From Candidatus Latescibacterota bacterium (GTDB lineage Bacteria; Latescibacterota; CBDEFO01): 64,000 nt of DNA. The notes beneath the pieces are model-generated. The model ran no database searches and was not told the DNA's origin. It saw only the letters and a program-made list of their open reading frames with translations. The position numbers were made by a program, and so were the translations under genes. Position 1 is the stretch's first letter; every line of letters begins with the position of its first letter. The stretch lies in contig CBDEFO010000008.1 in the NCBI GenBank assembly GCA_965237525.1, positions 1,888,001-1,952,000 on the forward strand, in the 5' to 3' direction. Below are positions 1-9,578 of the stretch, piece after piece.

Positions 1-680
1 AGGCAAGAAGGGTTATAGACGACATCTTCAAAAGACGTAAACACCCCATAGTCGTGGGTGGCTCCGGTCTCTACATCCGCGCCCTCTTAGACGGGCTCTT
101 CGAGGAGGAACTCACAGACGCCGAAGTAAAAAGACAGCTCCAAAAAGAAATAGAGTCTAAAGGTCCGCAAGACCTCCATTATGAACTATCCCGCGTCGAT
201 CCTGCCTCAGCTCAAAGGATACATCCAAACGATAGACAGAGGATAGTCCGAGCTCTTTTGGTCTTCCGATCCAGCGGATATCCTCTTTCCTATCTCCACG
301 AAACTTCTCCCCCGCAAGAGTTGGGCGCAGAGCCCTTAATCTTCGGCATCACCACGGAAAGAGGAAAACTATACCGGAAGATAGAAGAAAGAGTGGATAA
401 GATGATACGAGATGGTCTTATAGATGAGGTGAGATCGATCCTTGAAATGGGTTATTCAAAGGACCTCAACTCGCTCCAGACGGTGGGATACAGAGAGGTA
501 TTCCCCCTTTTGGATGGACAGGTAACGCTCCAGGAGACTACGAACGCCATCAAGAGAAACTCCAGAAGATACGCCAAGAGACAGTTCACCTGGTTCAGAG
601 CCGATAGCAGAACAAAATGGGTGGAGAAGAGACAGAAAGAGTCTATTATAGAGGAAGTTGAGGCGTGTCTTGGCTTTTGA
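1..680 (+). CDS. miaA: tRNA dimethylallyltransferase (5' truncated by window)
   Basis: VGGSGLY, IHPNDRQRIVRAL, QTVGYRE and RRYAKRQFTWFR motifs; frame runs off the window start. Confidence 0.95.
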   Translation, partial: ARRVIDDIFKRRKHPIVVGGSGLYIRALLDGLFEEELTDAEVKRQLQKEIESKGPQDLHYELSRVDPASAQRIHPNDRQRIVRALLVFRSSGYPLSYLHETSPPQELGAEPLIFGITTERGKLYRKIEERVDKMIRDGLIDEVRSILEMGYSKDLNSLQTVGYREVFPLLDGQVTLQETTNAIKRNSRRYAKRQFTWFRADSRTKWVEKRQKESIIEEVEACLGF

Positions 681-781
681 ATGTTTTTGATAAGTTGTTG
701 AAAAATCTGTACTTCTATTTTCTAATGTAAAGAATAGACCAGTTGATTACAACTTTGATTTAAAACCCTCTGCGCAAAGTC

Positions 782-810
782 TTGACTGCTGATCGTAAAC
801 ACTGTATATT
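782..810 (+). promoter_or_regulatory. sigma70-like promoter for dxs
   Basis: TTGACT-17 nt-TATATT. Confidence 0.55.
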
Positions 811-892
811 TATAGAATAACATTAATCTGGAAAAAGTGGGGATACTGATGGGGGACGCTTTTGAAAATGGAACCTCTTGAGGAGAAATGTC

Positions 893-2794
893 ATGAAATA
901 CCTATGGGGGGTCGATTACCCACAGGATTTGAAAAAGCTGTCTTTAGATGAGTTGGAGATATTGGCAGGAGAGATCAGAGAGTATGTCATCTCTGTGGTC
1001 ACCGAGATTGGTGGGCATCTGGGCGGAAGCTTAGGTGCTCTGGAGTTGACTATAGCTCTGCACTACGCCTTCGAGGCGCCAGTGGACAAGTTAGTCTGGG
1101 ATGTGGGTCATCAGGCGTACGTGCATAAGGTACTGACGGGAAGACGACAGGCCCTAAAAAACATACGCCACAAAGGGGGGATCAGCGGCTTTTTGAGGAG
1201 GATTGAAAGCCAGTACGATGTGTTCGGCGCGGGACACGCGGGCACTTCGATCTCGGCTGCCTTGGGTTTTGCGGCAATGAGAGACCTTAAGGGGGAGGAC
1301 TTTAAGGTTGTGGCGATAATAGGAGACGGCGGGCTGACCAGCGGAATGTCGTACGAGGCCCTGAATAACGCGGGAGCATCAGAAAGAGATATGATCGTTG
1401 TACTGAACGACAACAGCATGTCTATCTCTCCGAACGTGGGGGCTATATCGAGCTATCTGACGAAGATCATAACTGACCCCCTCTACAACAAGATTAAGGC
1501 GGATATATGGAATCTGACGGGCAAGATCCCGTCTGTGGGCCAGGGAGTGAGGGCTTTAGTCAGTAGAATAGATGAGGGTTTGAAGAATCTGTTAGTCCCG
1601 GGGATGTTGTTCGAGGAATTGGGATTCAGGTATATAGGGCCAATTGATGGTCATAACTTGGAGGAACTGATAACGACCCTGGGGAACATAAAGGAACTGA
1701 AAAGGCCAATTATGCTACACGTTGTGACTCAAAAGGGGAAGGGGATGAACGATGTGGAGGATGACCCGCAGAGGTATCACAGCGTGAGTCCCCCCAGTCC
1801 CAAAAAGAAGGGGAAGAGCGCTCCTAAATACATGGACGTTTTCGGAGAGACATTGGTGGATATCGCCCGAAAGGACGATAGAGTGACGGCTATAACTGCG
1901 GCTATGTGCGATGGGACAGGTTTAACTTCGTTCTGCCAGAGGTTTCCCGACAGGTTTTTCGACGTGGGAATCGCAGAGCAGCACGCTGTGACCTTTGCTG
2001 CGGGATTAGCGGCTGAGGGAGGTAGACCTGTGGCGGCTATCTATTCGACTTTTCTTCAGAGGTCGTTCGATCAGATCATCCACGACGTGGCGGTTCAGTC
2101 GCTTCCGGTCGTATTTGCGCTGGATAGAGCCGGATTGGTCGGCGAGGACGGCCCGACGCACCACGGTGCCTTTGACCTCTCGTATATGAACCTCATCCCG
2201 AATATGATCGTCGCGGCTCCTAAAGATGGAGATGAACTTAAGGACCTCCTTCATACAGCTATCTGCCAGACCGAGAGCCCTTTCGCCTTGAGGTATCCCA
2301 GAGACTCGGTGAAAGGGGAGTTTGAGGACAGAGATCCCAGGATTCTAAAGATAGGGAGCTGGGAGGAGCTTGCAAGGGGGGAAGATATGGCGATCTTGGC
2401 TGTAGGGACGATGGTGCAGCCTGCTCTGGAGGTAAGTGAGGTCCTGGCCCTGGAGGGATACAGCGTAGGAGTAATCAACTGCCGGTTTGTAAAACCTATG
2501 GATCATGAGCTCCTAAATAGCCTCATAGATAGATATAATATCGTATTGACCCTCGAGGAAAATGTTCTGAAAGGGGGGTTCGGGTCGGAGGTGGCAAGGT
2601 ATGTATCCGATCGTCACCCAGGTGCCTGCAGGTCATACCATTTAGGCTTGCCGGACGAGTTTATAGAACACGCTCCCAGGGCAGATCTGTTGGAGGAGGT
2701 TGGACTTTCAGTAGCTGGAATAAGACAGGCAGCTTTGGGACTCCTGACGAGTGATCAGGGTACTATAGCTGAAAGATTCGGGGATCTTGTGTAG
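893..2794 (+). CDS. dxs: 1-deoxy-D-xylulose-5-phosphate synthase
   Basis: GGHLG, WDVGHQAYVHK, GDGGLT..LNN TPP motif, GIAEQHAV, DRAGLVGEDGPTHHG. Confidence 0.97.
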   Translation: MKYLWGVDYPQDLKKLSLDELEILAGEIREYVISVVTEIGGHLGGSLGALELTIALHYAFEAPVDKLVWDVGHQAYVHKVLTGRRQALKNIRHKGGISGFLRRIESQYDVFGAGHAGTSISAALGFAAMRDLKGEDFKVVAIIGDGGLTSGMSYEALNNAGASERDMIVVLNDNSMSISPNVGAISSYLTKIITDPLYNKIKADIWNLTGKIPSVGQGVRALVSRIDEGLKNLLVPGMLFEELGFRYIGPIDGHNLEELITTLGNIKELKRPIMLHVVTQKGKGMNDVEDDPQRYHSVSPPSPKKKGKSAPKYMDVFGETLVDIARKDDRVTAITAAMCDGTGLTSFCQRFPDRFFDVGIAEQHAVTFAAGLAAEGGRPVAAIYSTFLQRSFDQIIHDVAVQSLPVVFALDRAGLVGEDGPTHHGAFDLSYMNLIPNMIVAAPKDGDELKDLLHTAICQTESPFALRYPRDSVKGEFEDRDPRILKIGSWEELARGEDMAILAVGTMVQPALEVSEVLALEGYSVGVINCRFVKPMDHELLNSLIDRYNIVLTLEENVLKGGFGSEVARYVSDRHPGACRSYHLGLPDEFIEHAPRADLLEEVGLSVAGIRQAALGLLTSDQGTIAERFGDLV

Positions 2795-2872
2795 CGTGCG
2801 CTCTTTGGATACACAGAATCACGTAGCGCTATTTTTGCTTTGAAGCTTTAACTCATTTTATATATAAGGAAG

Positions 2873-3976
2873 GTGAGTAAAATGGTCCTTTTCCAGGAGT
2901 CTCTTCCCGATAAGTACAATTTGATCTCGGAGCAGGAGGCTGAATTTCAGATAGCAAACGCCAAGGAGATGTTGGGGGACTCCTCGGTGATCCTGGGGCA
3001 TCACTATCAAAGGGACGAAGTGATAAAGTTCGCCGACTTTACGGGCGATTCATTCAAGTTGTGTCAGCTTGCAGCCAGCAGAAAGAAGGCCCAGTTCATA
3101 GTGTTCTGCGGGGTGCACTTTATGGCTGAAAGCGCAGATATCTTAAGCGAGGATTACCAGAAGGTGATACTGCCCGATCTGAACGCAGGATGTTCTATGG
3201 CGGACATGGCGAACATAGATCAGGTGGAAGAGTGCTGGGACGAGCTTATGGACATATTCGACGATGGATCTGTGATCCCGATCACATATATGAACTCCGC
3301 GGCGAACCTGAAGGCGTTCTGCGGGGTAAATGGAGGAGCTGTATGCACTTCTACAAACGCAAAGTCCATCTTTGAGTGGGCGTTCCAACAGGGCGAGCAG
3401 GTGCTGTTCTTCCCGGACGAGCATCTGGGCAGGAATACGGGCTGTAAGATGGAAATAGGCCTGGACGAAATGATCGTATGGAACCCCTTTGTGGTCATGG
3501 GCGGAAACACAATCAAGGACATCGAAAAAAGCAGGGTTATCCTCTGGAAGGGCCACTGCTCTGTGCATCTAAGGTTTAATCTAAAGCAGGTAGAGGGCGT
3601 AAGGAAGGCGTTCCCCGGGATAAGGGTCATAGCTCACCCCGAATGCAGTAAGGAGGTCGTGGACGCCTCAGATGAGGACGGCTCCACCGAATACATAATA
3701 AAGAAAGTAAGCCAGGGCGAGCCGGGCTCCAAGTGGGCAGTAGGGACGGAGATTCACCTTGTGCACAGGCTGGCTAAGCAGAACAAGGACAAGTTTGTGA
3801 TCTCTCTAAACGAGAACGTATGCGCCTGTGCCACTATGTACAGGATAGACCCTCCTCATCTCCTATGGGTATTGGATAGCCTAAGGGAGGGGAGAATAGT
3901 CAATCACATAACTGTGCCCGAAGATATAGCAGAAGGGGCAAAAATAGCTTTGGACAGGATGTTAGCGATAGCCTGA
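2873..3976 (+). CDS. nadA: quinolinate synthase
   Basis: ILGHHYQ, FCGVHFMAE, AGCSMAD, GHCSVH, AHPEC, CATM motifs. Confidence 0.96.
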   Translation: MSKMVLFQESLPDKYNLISEQEAEFQIANAKEMLGDSSVILGHHYQRDEVIKFADFTGDSFKLCQLAASRKKAQFIVFCGVHFMAESADILSEDYQKVILPDLNAGCSMADMANIDQVEECWDELMDIFDDGSVIPITYMNSAANLKAFCGVNGGAVCTSTNAKSIFEWAFQQGEQVLFFPDEHLGRNTGCKMEIGLDEMIVWNPFVVMGGNTIKDIEKSRVILWKGHCSVHLRFNLKQVEGVRKAFPGIRVIAHPECSKEVVDASDEDGSTEYIIKKVSQGEPGSKWAVGTEIHLVHRLAKQNKDKFVISLNENVCACATMYRIDPPHLLWVLDSLREGRIVNHITVPEDIAEGAKIALDRMLAIA

Positions 3977-4067
3977 GAAAGGAGTAGCTCGAGATAGTTT
4001 ATGTATAGACCTGAAAGTTTGATCATTGATAAGAATCCATCCTACGGATAAGGCAAAAGAAGGGGAT

Positions 4068-4433
4068 GTGATATGGACAGAGTACTTGTTTACAATCACA
4101 AGGATTCAGATACGATGGACATATGGTTCGCTAATCCTTTTATGTGTGAAGAAGCAGGTGAAGGTATTATCCTTAAAGAAGGACAAGAATAGCAGGGTGA
4201 TAGGGATTGAAAAACTTTATGTCAGCAAGACCGTAGGTATTGACAGACCTTTACGTGTAGAGTTGGTAGTGGATTAAGATTGGTCCCCGATAGATTCAAT
4301 CGGGGATTCATTCAACTCGCCAGTAGAACCGCAAGAAGTCGGAAATAACAGAAGATTTGGTGAAGCAGATACACTACCACCGCCTATAGGGGGATATGTA
4401 TGTACTCAGATGTTATAGATCAGATTTTGCCGC
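4068..4433 (+). repeat. ~365-bp direct repeat, copy 1 (copy 2 at ~5311-5676)
   Basis: Alignable by eye: DUF2283 gene, palindrome and first 11 codons of the radical SAM gene (MYSDVIDQILP vs MYSDIIDQILP). Confidence 0.9.
4073..4277 (+). pseudogene. DUF2283-like antitoxin, frameshifted copy
   Basis: Near-identical to 5316-5519, but ccttaaagaaggac here vs ccttaaaaaggac there (+1 nt). Confidence 0.75.
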
Positions 4434-4453
4434 CTTGAGAAGGCGAAGAGTGT

Positions 4454-4693
4454 GTGATGAAGCTATCAAGGCACGCTAAAAACAATTTAAGGCTATACAA
4501 AATAGCCAAAAGAGATATAACAGAAGCGGTAGAATCGCCTGACTTCACTGATAAGGAAGGGAATGCGTTGATCGCGATCAAGGAATTCTTAAGCAAGTTT
4601 TCGGGTTATCCCCTCAAAGTTATCTATGAGAAAAAAGGTGGTCAAATTAAAGTCATCACTGCGTATCCTTTAAAGAAGAAACACTGGGGGTGA
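4454..4693 (+). CDS. DUF4258/BrnT-RelE-like toxin
   Basis: SRHAK start, LKVIY..IKVITAYP C-terminal motif; coupled to the downstream antitoxin. Confidence 0.75.
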   Translation: MMKLSRHAKNNLRLYKIAKRDITEAVESPDFTDKEGNALIAIKEFLSKFSGYPLKVIYEKKGGQIKVITAYPLKKKHWG

Positions 4694-4696
4694 ACA

Positions 4697-4900
4697 ATGA
4701 AGGTCAAGTACGATAAGGAGGTTGATGCAGCATATATCCAGATGTCATCAAAAAGACCCGATGGGGCGATAGAAATAGCTGAGGGGGTTATCTTACACAC
4801 TACTGCAAAAAATGAGATTGTTGCCATCGAGATACTTGATGCTGAGAAAAAAATACCCATAAAGACGCTCTACAAACTTGAGCTTTCTGCAGTTGTATAG
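4697..4900 (+). CDS. DUF2283 antitoxin
   Basis: MKVKYDKEVDAAYI..EGVIL..EIVAIEILDA signature. Confidence 0.85.
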   Translation: MKVKYDKEVDAAYIQMSSKRPDGAIEIAEGVILHTTAKNEIVAIEILDAEKKIPIKTLYKLELSAVV

Positions 4901-4916
4901 GAGGCGGTCTTGTTGC

Positions 4917-4962
4917 GGCTAACGCAAGAAAGTCTATTTGTCCGTCTGCGAACTTGTTGAGC
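4917..4962 (+). other. short degenerate attC-like site
   Basis: GGCTAAC ... GTTGAGC (GTTRRRY) 16 nt after the antitoxin stop; shorter than canonical attC. Confidence 0.3.
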
Positions 4963-5054
4963 ACCGCCCTGAAAAAGCTAGAAGTGTGTAAAGATGATCA
5001 TTGTATGTTCCAAAAACTCTATTCCCTTACGCATAACAGAAGAAACAAAGTAAT

Positions 5055-5260
5055 ATGGAACCCTCAAAAATCCTTGAGGGTGAACCAACACTAAGTTGGA
5101 AGTATTATGATGATCAAGCAGATGTGCTTCATATCTCTGTTGGTTAACGTCGCCCTGCCATTAGGGGTGGATATTGGCGAAGGTGTTATTGTTCGCTACA
5201 ATGAGAAGGAAAAAGAAATCGCTGGGATTGCAATCATTGGGATTCAGGGGCATTCCGGAA
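5055..5260 (+). pseudogene. DUF2283-like remnant
   Basis: MEPSK..YYDDQADVLHISVG* then a shifted frame VDIGEGVIVRY..EIAGIAIIG. Confidence 0.6.
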
Positions 5261-5310
5261 AGAATACTACAAAGTATATCAGCAAAATAGGTTTTCTTGG
5301 CGACCAATCC

Positions 5311-5676
5311 GTGATATGGACAGAGTAGTTGTTTACTATCACAAGGATTCAGATACGATGGACATATGGTTCGCTAATCCTTTTATGTGTGAAGAAGCAG
5401 GTGAAGGTATTATCCTTAAAAAGGACAAGAATAGCAGGGTGATAGGGGTTGAAAAACTTTATGTCAGCAAGACCGTAGGTGTTGACAGACCTTTACGTGT
5501 AGAGTTGGTAGTGGATTAAGATTGGTCCCCGATAGATTCAATCGGGGATTCATTCAACTCGCCAGTAGAAGTGCAAGGAGTCGGAAATAACAGAAGATTT
5601 GATGAAGCAGATACACTACCTCGTGCCTTTAGGGGGGCGTTTATGTACTCCGATATCATAGATCAGATCCTGCCGC
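5311..5676 (+). repeat. ~365-bp direct repeat, copy 2
   Basis: Matches 4068-4433. Confidence 0.9.
5316..5519 (+). CDS. DUF2283-like protein
   Basis: YHKDSDTMDIWF..EGIILKKD..VIGVE. Confidence 0.7.
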   Translation: MDRVVVYYHKDSDTMDIWFANPFMCEEAGEGIILKKDKNSRVIGVEKLYVSKTVGVDRPLRVELVVD

Positions 5677-8309
5677 TTGTGAGCAAGCCGAGCAGGTATG
5701 TAGCCGCTGAGAGGAATCTTATAAGAAAGCCGCACTCCGAGGATAAGGTCAAGTTCGTTCTATCTTTCCCTGAGGTCTATGAGATCGGTATGTCTCACTT
5801 GGGGCTCAAGATCCTGTATCACATAATAAATAAAAGGGACGATGCGATAGCTGAGAGGGCCTACGCCCCCTGGATGGATATGGAGCGGGAGATGAGGCTG
5901 AGGGAGATCCCGATGCTTTCGCACGATTCTCGGACTCCTCTTAAGGATTTCGATTTCTTGGGATTTTCGCTTCAGTACGAGTTGACCTACACCAACGTGT
6001 TGAATATGATAGATATGGCTGGTATTTCTGTATGGTCGTCCCAAAGGGAAGAGGATGATCCGATTATACTTGCCGGAGGTCCCTGCGTTACGAACCCTGA
6101 ACCGCTGTCGGAATTCATAGATGCGTTTGTGATAGGAGATGGAGAAGACGTAATCCACAAGATAATAGACGTGTTTAAAGAATACAAGGGAGACAGGGAA
6201 AGGGTGCTCGGGAACCTAGCAAAAATTGGAGGCGTCTACGTTCCGGCCCTTTACGAAGTGTACTATTTAGATAACGGAAAGGTAAAGGAGATAAGGCCGA
6301 AGATCCAAGGAATTCCGCAGGTCGTAAGGCGCACGTGGGTCGAGACCTTGAAAGAGGAGTACTACCCCGAAAAGCCCATCGTGCCCGTTCAAGAGATCAC
6401 TCAGGACAGGCTGACAATAGAGGTCCTAAGAGGCTGCACGCAGGGTTGCAGATTCTGTCAAGCTGGGTATTACTACCGTCCTGTAAGGGAGCGCAGCCCC
6501 GAAAATATCCTCAAGATGGCTCAGAAGGGCATATCAGAGAGCGGATGGGATGAGATGAGCCTGGTGTCTCTTTCAACTGCGGATCACAGCTGCGTCGAGA
6601 AGATAACCGAGATGCTGAGCGAAGAGTTCTCGGATAAGAACGTAGCGATTTCGCTCCCGTCCTTGAGAGCCGATAGGTTCTCCGTAAACCTGGCGGAGAA
6701 CGTAGGTGAGACAAGCAGGACAGGTTTTACGTTCGCCCCCGAGACGGGGTCGCAGAGGTTGAGGAACGTGCTCAACAAGAGCATCAAGAACGAGGAGTTA
6801 TACAGGGCTGTTGAGGTGGCGTACAGGAGCGGATGGGACCTTGTCAAGCTATACTTTATGATAGGGCTTCCGACCGAGACGGACGATGACGTTCAAAGCA
6901 TCGTGGATATGGCACGGCGTGTAAATGAGATAGGAAAGAGGGCGGGGGGAAATAAGAGGGTGAACGTGAGTGTGGGTTGCCACGTGCCCAAGTCTCATAC
7001 TCCGTTTCAGTGGGACGGCTTTGAGGATATGGAGAGTCTCAAAGGCAAGATTGAGCTTCTCAAAAGCAGCGTAAGGAACAGGTGGAGCAAGCTGAAGTGG
7101 CACGATGTGGAACCTTCGTTTGTGGAGGCCGTCTTCTCAAAGGGAGATAGAAAGGTAGGAAGGGCGATATACGAGGCGTGGAAGATGGGGGCGAGGTTTG
7201 ACGGGTGGTCTGAAAACTTCGACTTCGGGCTGTGGATGAGGGCATTCGAGGCCGCAGGAGTGGATCCCTATTTCCACACCGGGCCTAAGGATATAAAAGA
7301 CGTTTTGCCCTGGGACGTGATAGATATAGCGGTAACCAAGAAATTTCTGATCAGGGAGCGGATGAAGATGTTTGAGGGAGTCCTGACATCGGACTGTCGC
7401 TGGGGTCAGTGTCACGCCTGCGGAATTCCGGGGATGCCGGACGATAACAAGCTGATATTCGACGAACCTCAGGTCTCGTTCGTGGAAGTAGATATGGACG
7501 CCTTGGAGCCTGTGATAGACATCGAAGAGAGACGCAATCGAAAGCCGTTTCCAACGAAAAGGCACAGAGTCAGGCACGCTGTGGGAGAGGAGTTCAGATT
7601 CGTGTCGAACAGGGACATGATGCAGGCGTTTCACCGGGCCATCAGAATGACGGGGCTCCCCATAGCCTATTCTCAAGGGTTTACGCCCCGCCCCAAGGTG
7701 TCCTTCGGCCCTCCGCTGCCTGTGGGGATGACGAGCATATCTGAGTTCATGGATCTGGAGCTCGATGAAAGATTCCAGGGTGATCTTGTAGAAATTATGA
7801 ATGATAAGCTCCCGTTGGGACTCATGATACTTACCGCAGAGCCGTTGAACGGGAAAGTGGAATCCCTTTCATCGATCATAAAGACAGCGCTCTACAGAGT
7901 CGATTTCCCCTCAGAAGATAGTAGACAGCAAACAGTAGACAGTAGACAGGGAAGAGCGAAAGACAGTAGACAGGGAATTGAACAGGTGCAATTTGCTCTG
8001 GATAGGTTTGACGAAAGTGATCAGTTTCTTATCACAAAGAAGGGGAAAAACCAAGATAAGAAAGTGGATTTGAAGAACGCTGTTTTGATGATAGAGCTGG
8101 ATAGGGGTATAGACTCTATCGGATTGGATATGCTGCTTTGCGTAGGAGATTTGGACAGGGGCAACGTAAATCCATTCCTCGTCATGAAGGAGGTACTGGA
8201 TTTTGACGAAGAGAGGGTCGCCTCCACCAAGGTAGAAAGAAGGGGCATGTTCGACGGGAGTGGAGGTCTAATCGAAGGGGTAAGCGTGAGAGAAGAGGTT
8301 TTGGTGTAG
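5643..8309 (+). CDS. TIGR03960 B12-binding radical SAM protein fused to TIGR03936 (DUF2344) domain
   Basis: KPSRY, FPEVYEIGMSHLG, CTQGCRFC, TFAPETGSQRLR; C-terminal YSQGFTPRPKVSFG. Confidence 0.9.
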   Translation: MYSDIIDQILPLVSKPSRYVAAERNLIRKPHSEDKVKFVLSFPEVYEIGMSHLGLKILYHIINKRDDAIAERAYAPWMDMEREMRLREIPMLSHDSRTPLKDFDFLGFSLQYELTYTNVLNMIDMAGISVWSSQREEDDPIILAGGPCVTNPEPLSEFIDAFVIGDGEDVIHKIIDVFKEYKGDRERVLGNLAKIGGVYVPALYEVYYLDNGKVKEIRPKIQGIPQVVRRTWVETLKEEYYPEKPIVPVQEITQDRLTIEVLRGCTQGCRFCQAGYYYRPVRERSPENILKMAQKGISESGWDEMSLVSLSTADHSCVEKITEMLSEEFSDKNVAISLPSLRADRFSVNLAENVGETSRTGFTFAPETGSQRLRNVLNKSIKNEELYRAVEVAYRSGWDLVKLYFMIGLPTETDDDVQSIVDMARRVNEIGKRAGGNKRVNVSVGCHVPKSHTPFQWDGFEDMESLKGKIELLKSSVRNRWSKLKWHDVEPSFVEAVFSKGDRKVGRAIYEAWKMGARFDGWSENFDFGLWMRAFEAAGVDPYFHTGPKDIKDVLPWDVIDIAVTKKFLIRERMKMFEGVLTSDCRWGQCHACGIPGMPDDNKLIFDEPQVSFVEVDMDALEPVIDIEERRNRKPFPTKRHRVRHAVGEEFRFVSNRDMMQAFHRAIRMTGLPIAYSQGFTPRPKVSFGPPLPVGMTSISEFMDLELDERFQGDLVEIMNDKLPLGLMILTAEPLNGKVESLSSIIKTALYRVDFPSEDSRQQTVDSRQGRAKDSRQGIEQVQFALDRFDESDQFLITKKGKNQDKKVDLKNAVLMIELDRGIDSIGLDMLLCVGDLDRGNVNPFLVMKEVLDFDEERVASTKVERRGMFDGSGGLIEGVSVREEVLV
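7917..7973 (+). repeat. (CAGTAGA)n heptamer repeat in frame within CDS
   Basis: gatagtagacagcaaacagtagacagtagacag...agacagtagacag encodes DSRQQTVDSRQ..DSRQ. Confidence 0.85.
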
Positions 8310-8357
8310 CTTTGATTCTACATTTATATATCCAGCAGAAATGGAGATGACAGACTG

Positions 8358-9566
8358 ATGTCCCAAAAGACATATTTCCAAAAGGGCTTCGGCCTGAAGC
8401 CCGAGATCGAGGGACAGCTTTTCGACGATTACCACAGCCAGGTGGTAGAGCGTTTAAAGGACACGGACTATCGGCTTCAGATACAGGACGTTACTATCAG
8501 GTTGGCGCAGGAGTTCGGCTTTTGTTACGGCGTTGACAGGGCCGTTGACTATGCCTACGAGACGAGGAAGCAGTTCCCGGACAGGAAGATATATATAACC
8601 GGCGAGATTATTCACAACTCCCACGTAAATGGCAAGCTGATAAGTATGGGAGTAGAGTTCTTGGATGGGATCGGCACATTAGAGGAGAAGTTCGAGCCTG
8701 TTGAGTCCGAAGATGTGGTGATCATCCCCGCTTTCGGAGTGCCTGTGAGCGAGCTTAAGATCTTGAAAGATAGGGGCTGTATTATGGTCGATACGACGTG
8801 CGGCTCGGTGCTGAACGTCTGGAAGAACGTGGGAAGATACGCAAAGGAAGGCTTCACGTCTATCATACACGGAAAGTATCAACACGAAGAGACAATGGCC
8901 ACAAGTTCAAGGGCGTCTCAATATCCCGGAGGAAAGTACTTAGTCGTCAGCGACATGGATCAGACGAACATAACTTGCGATTATATCCTTCAGAAAGGGG
9001 ATAAGGCGGATTTCTTATCCCAGTTCGAAAGGGCCTACTCTCACGGCTTTGATCCTGACAGAGATCTGGGCAAGATAGGTCTTGCCAATCAGACGACCAT
9101 GCTCTCCGCGGAGTCTCTTAAGATCGCTGACACGCTGAAAGAGGCGATGATCCAAAGGTACGGTAAGGAGGAGTTAGAATCACGATTCAGAACCTTCGAC
9201 ACGATCTGCAGCGCCACGCAGGACCGCCAGGATGCTGTCTACAGTCTCGTAAGAGAGGGTTTAGATCTTATGATCGTAATAGGGGGATACAACAGCAGCA
9301 ATACGAATCACTTAGGCGAGATCGCCTCCCAATATACATCTGCGTATCATATAGACGATGCAAATTGTATCATAGATAGATGCAGGATAAGGCATAAGCC
9401 GACGGGAGAAGATAGTGAGAAAGTCTCCTCAGACTGGATGCCAGATGGAAAGGTAACTATAGGCTTTACGGCCGGGGCGTCCACGCCGAACAATAAGATC
9501 GGCGAAGCGATCCAAAAGGTGTTAGAATGTATGGGCTATCAGCTTGAAGATATCATGAAGCTGTAG
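8358..9566 (+). CDS. ispH: 4-hydroxy-3-methylbut-2-enyl diphosphate reductase (long type)
   Basis: FGFCYGV, EIIHN, DTTC, NQTT, DTICSATQDRQ, SSNT, TAGASTP. Confidence 0.95.
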   Translation: MSQKTYFQKGFGLKPEIEGQLFDDYHSQVVERLKDTDYRLQIQDVTIRLAQEFGFCYGVDRAVDYAYETRKQFPDRKIYITGEIIHNSHVNGKLISMGVEFLDGIGTLEEKFEPVESEDVVIIPAFGVPVSELKILKDRGCIMVDTTCGSVLNVWKNVGRYAKEGFTSIIHGKYQHEETMATSSRASQYPGGKYLVVSDMDQTNITCDYILQKGDKADFLSQFERAYSHGFDPDRDLGKIGLANQTTMLSAESLKIADTLKEAMIQRYGKEELESRFRTFDTICSATQDRQDAVYSLVREGLDLMIVIGGYNSSNTNHLGEIASQYTSAYHIDDANCIIDRCRIRHKPTGEDSEKVSSDWMPDGKVTIGFTAGASTPNNKIGEAIQKVLECMGYQLEDIMKL

Positions 9567-9578
9567 TTAGAGGGCTTA

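Noticed and set aside
684..705. DnaA boxes / oriC
   Set aside because: Only two boxes with two mismatches each, and no dnaA context
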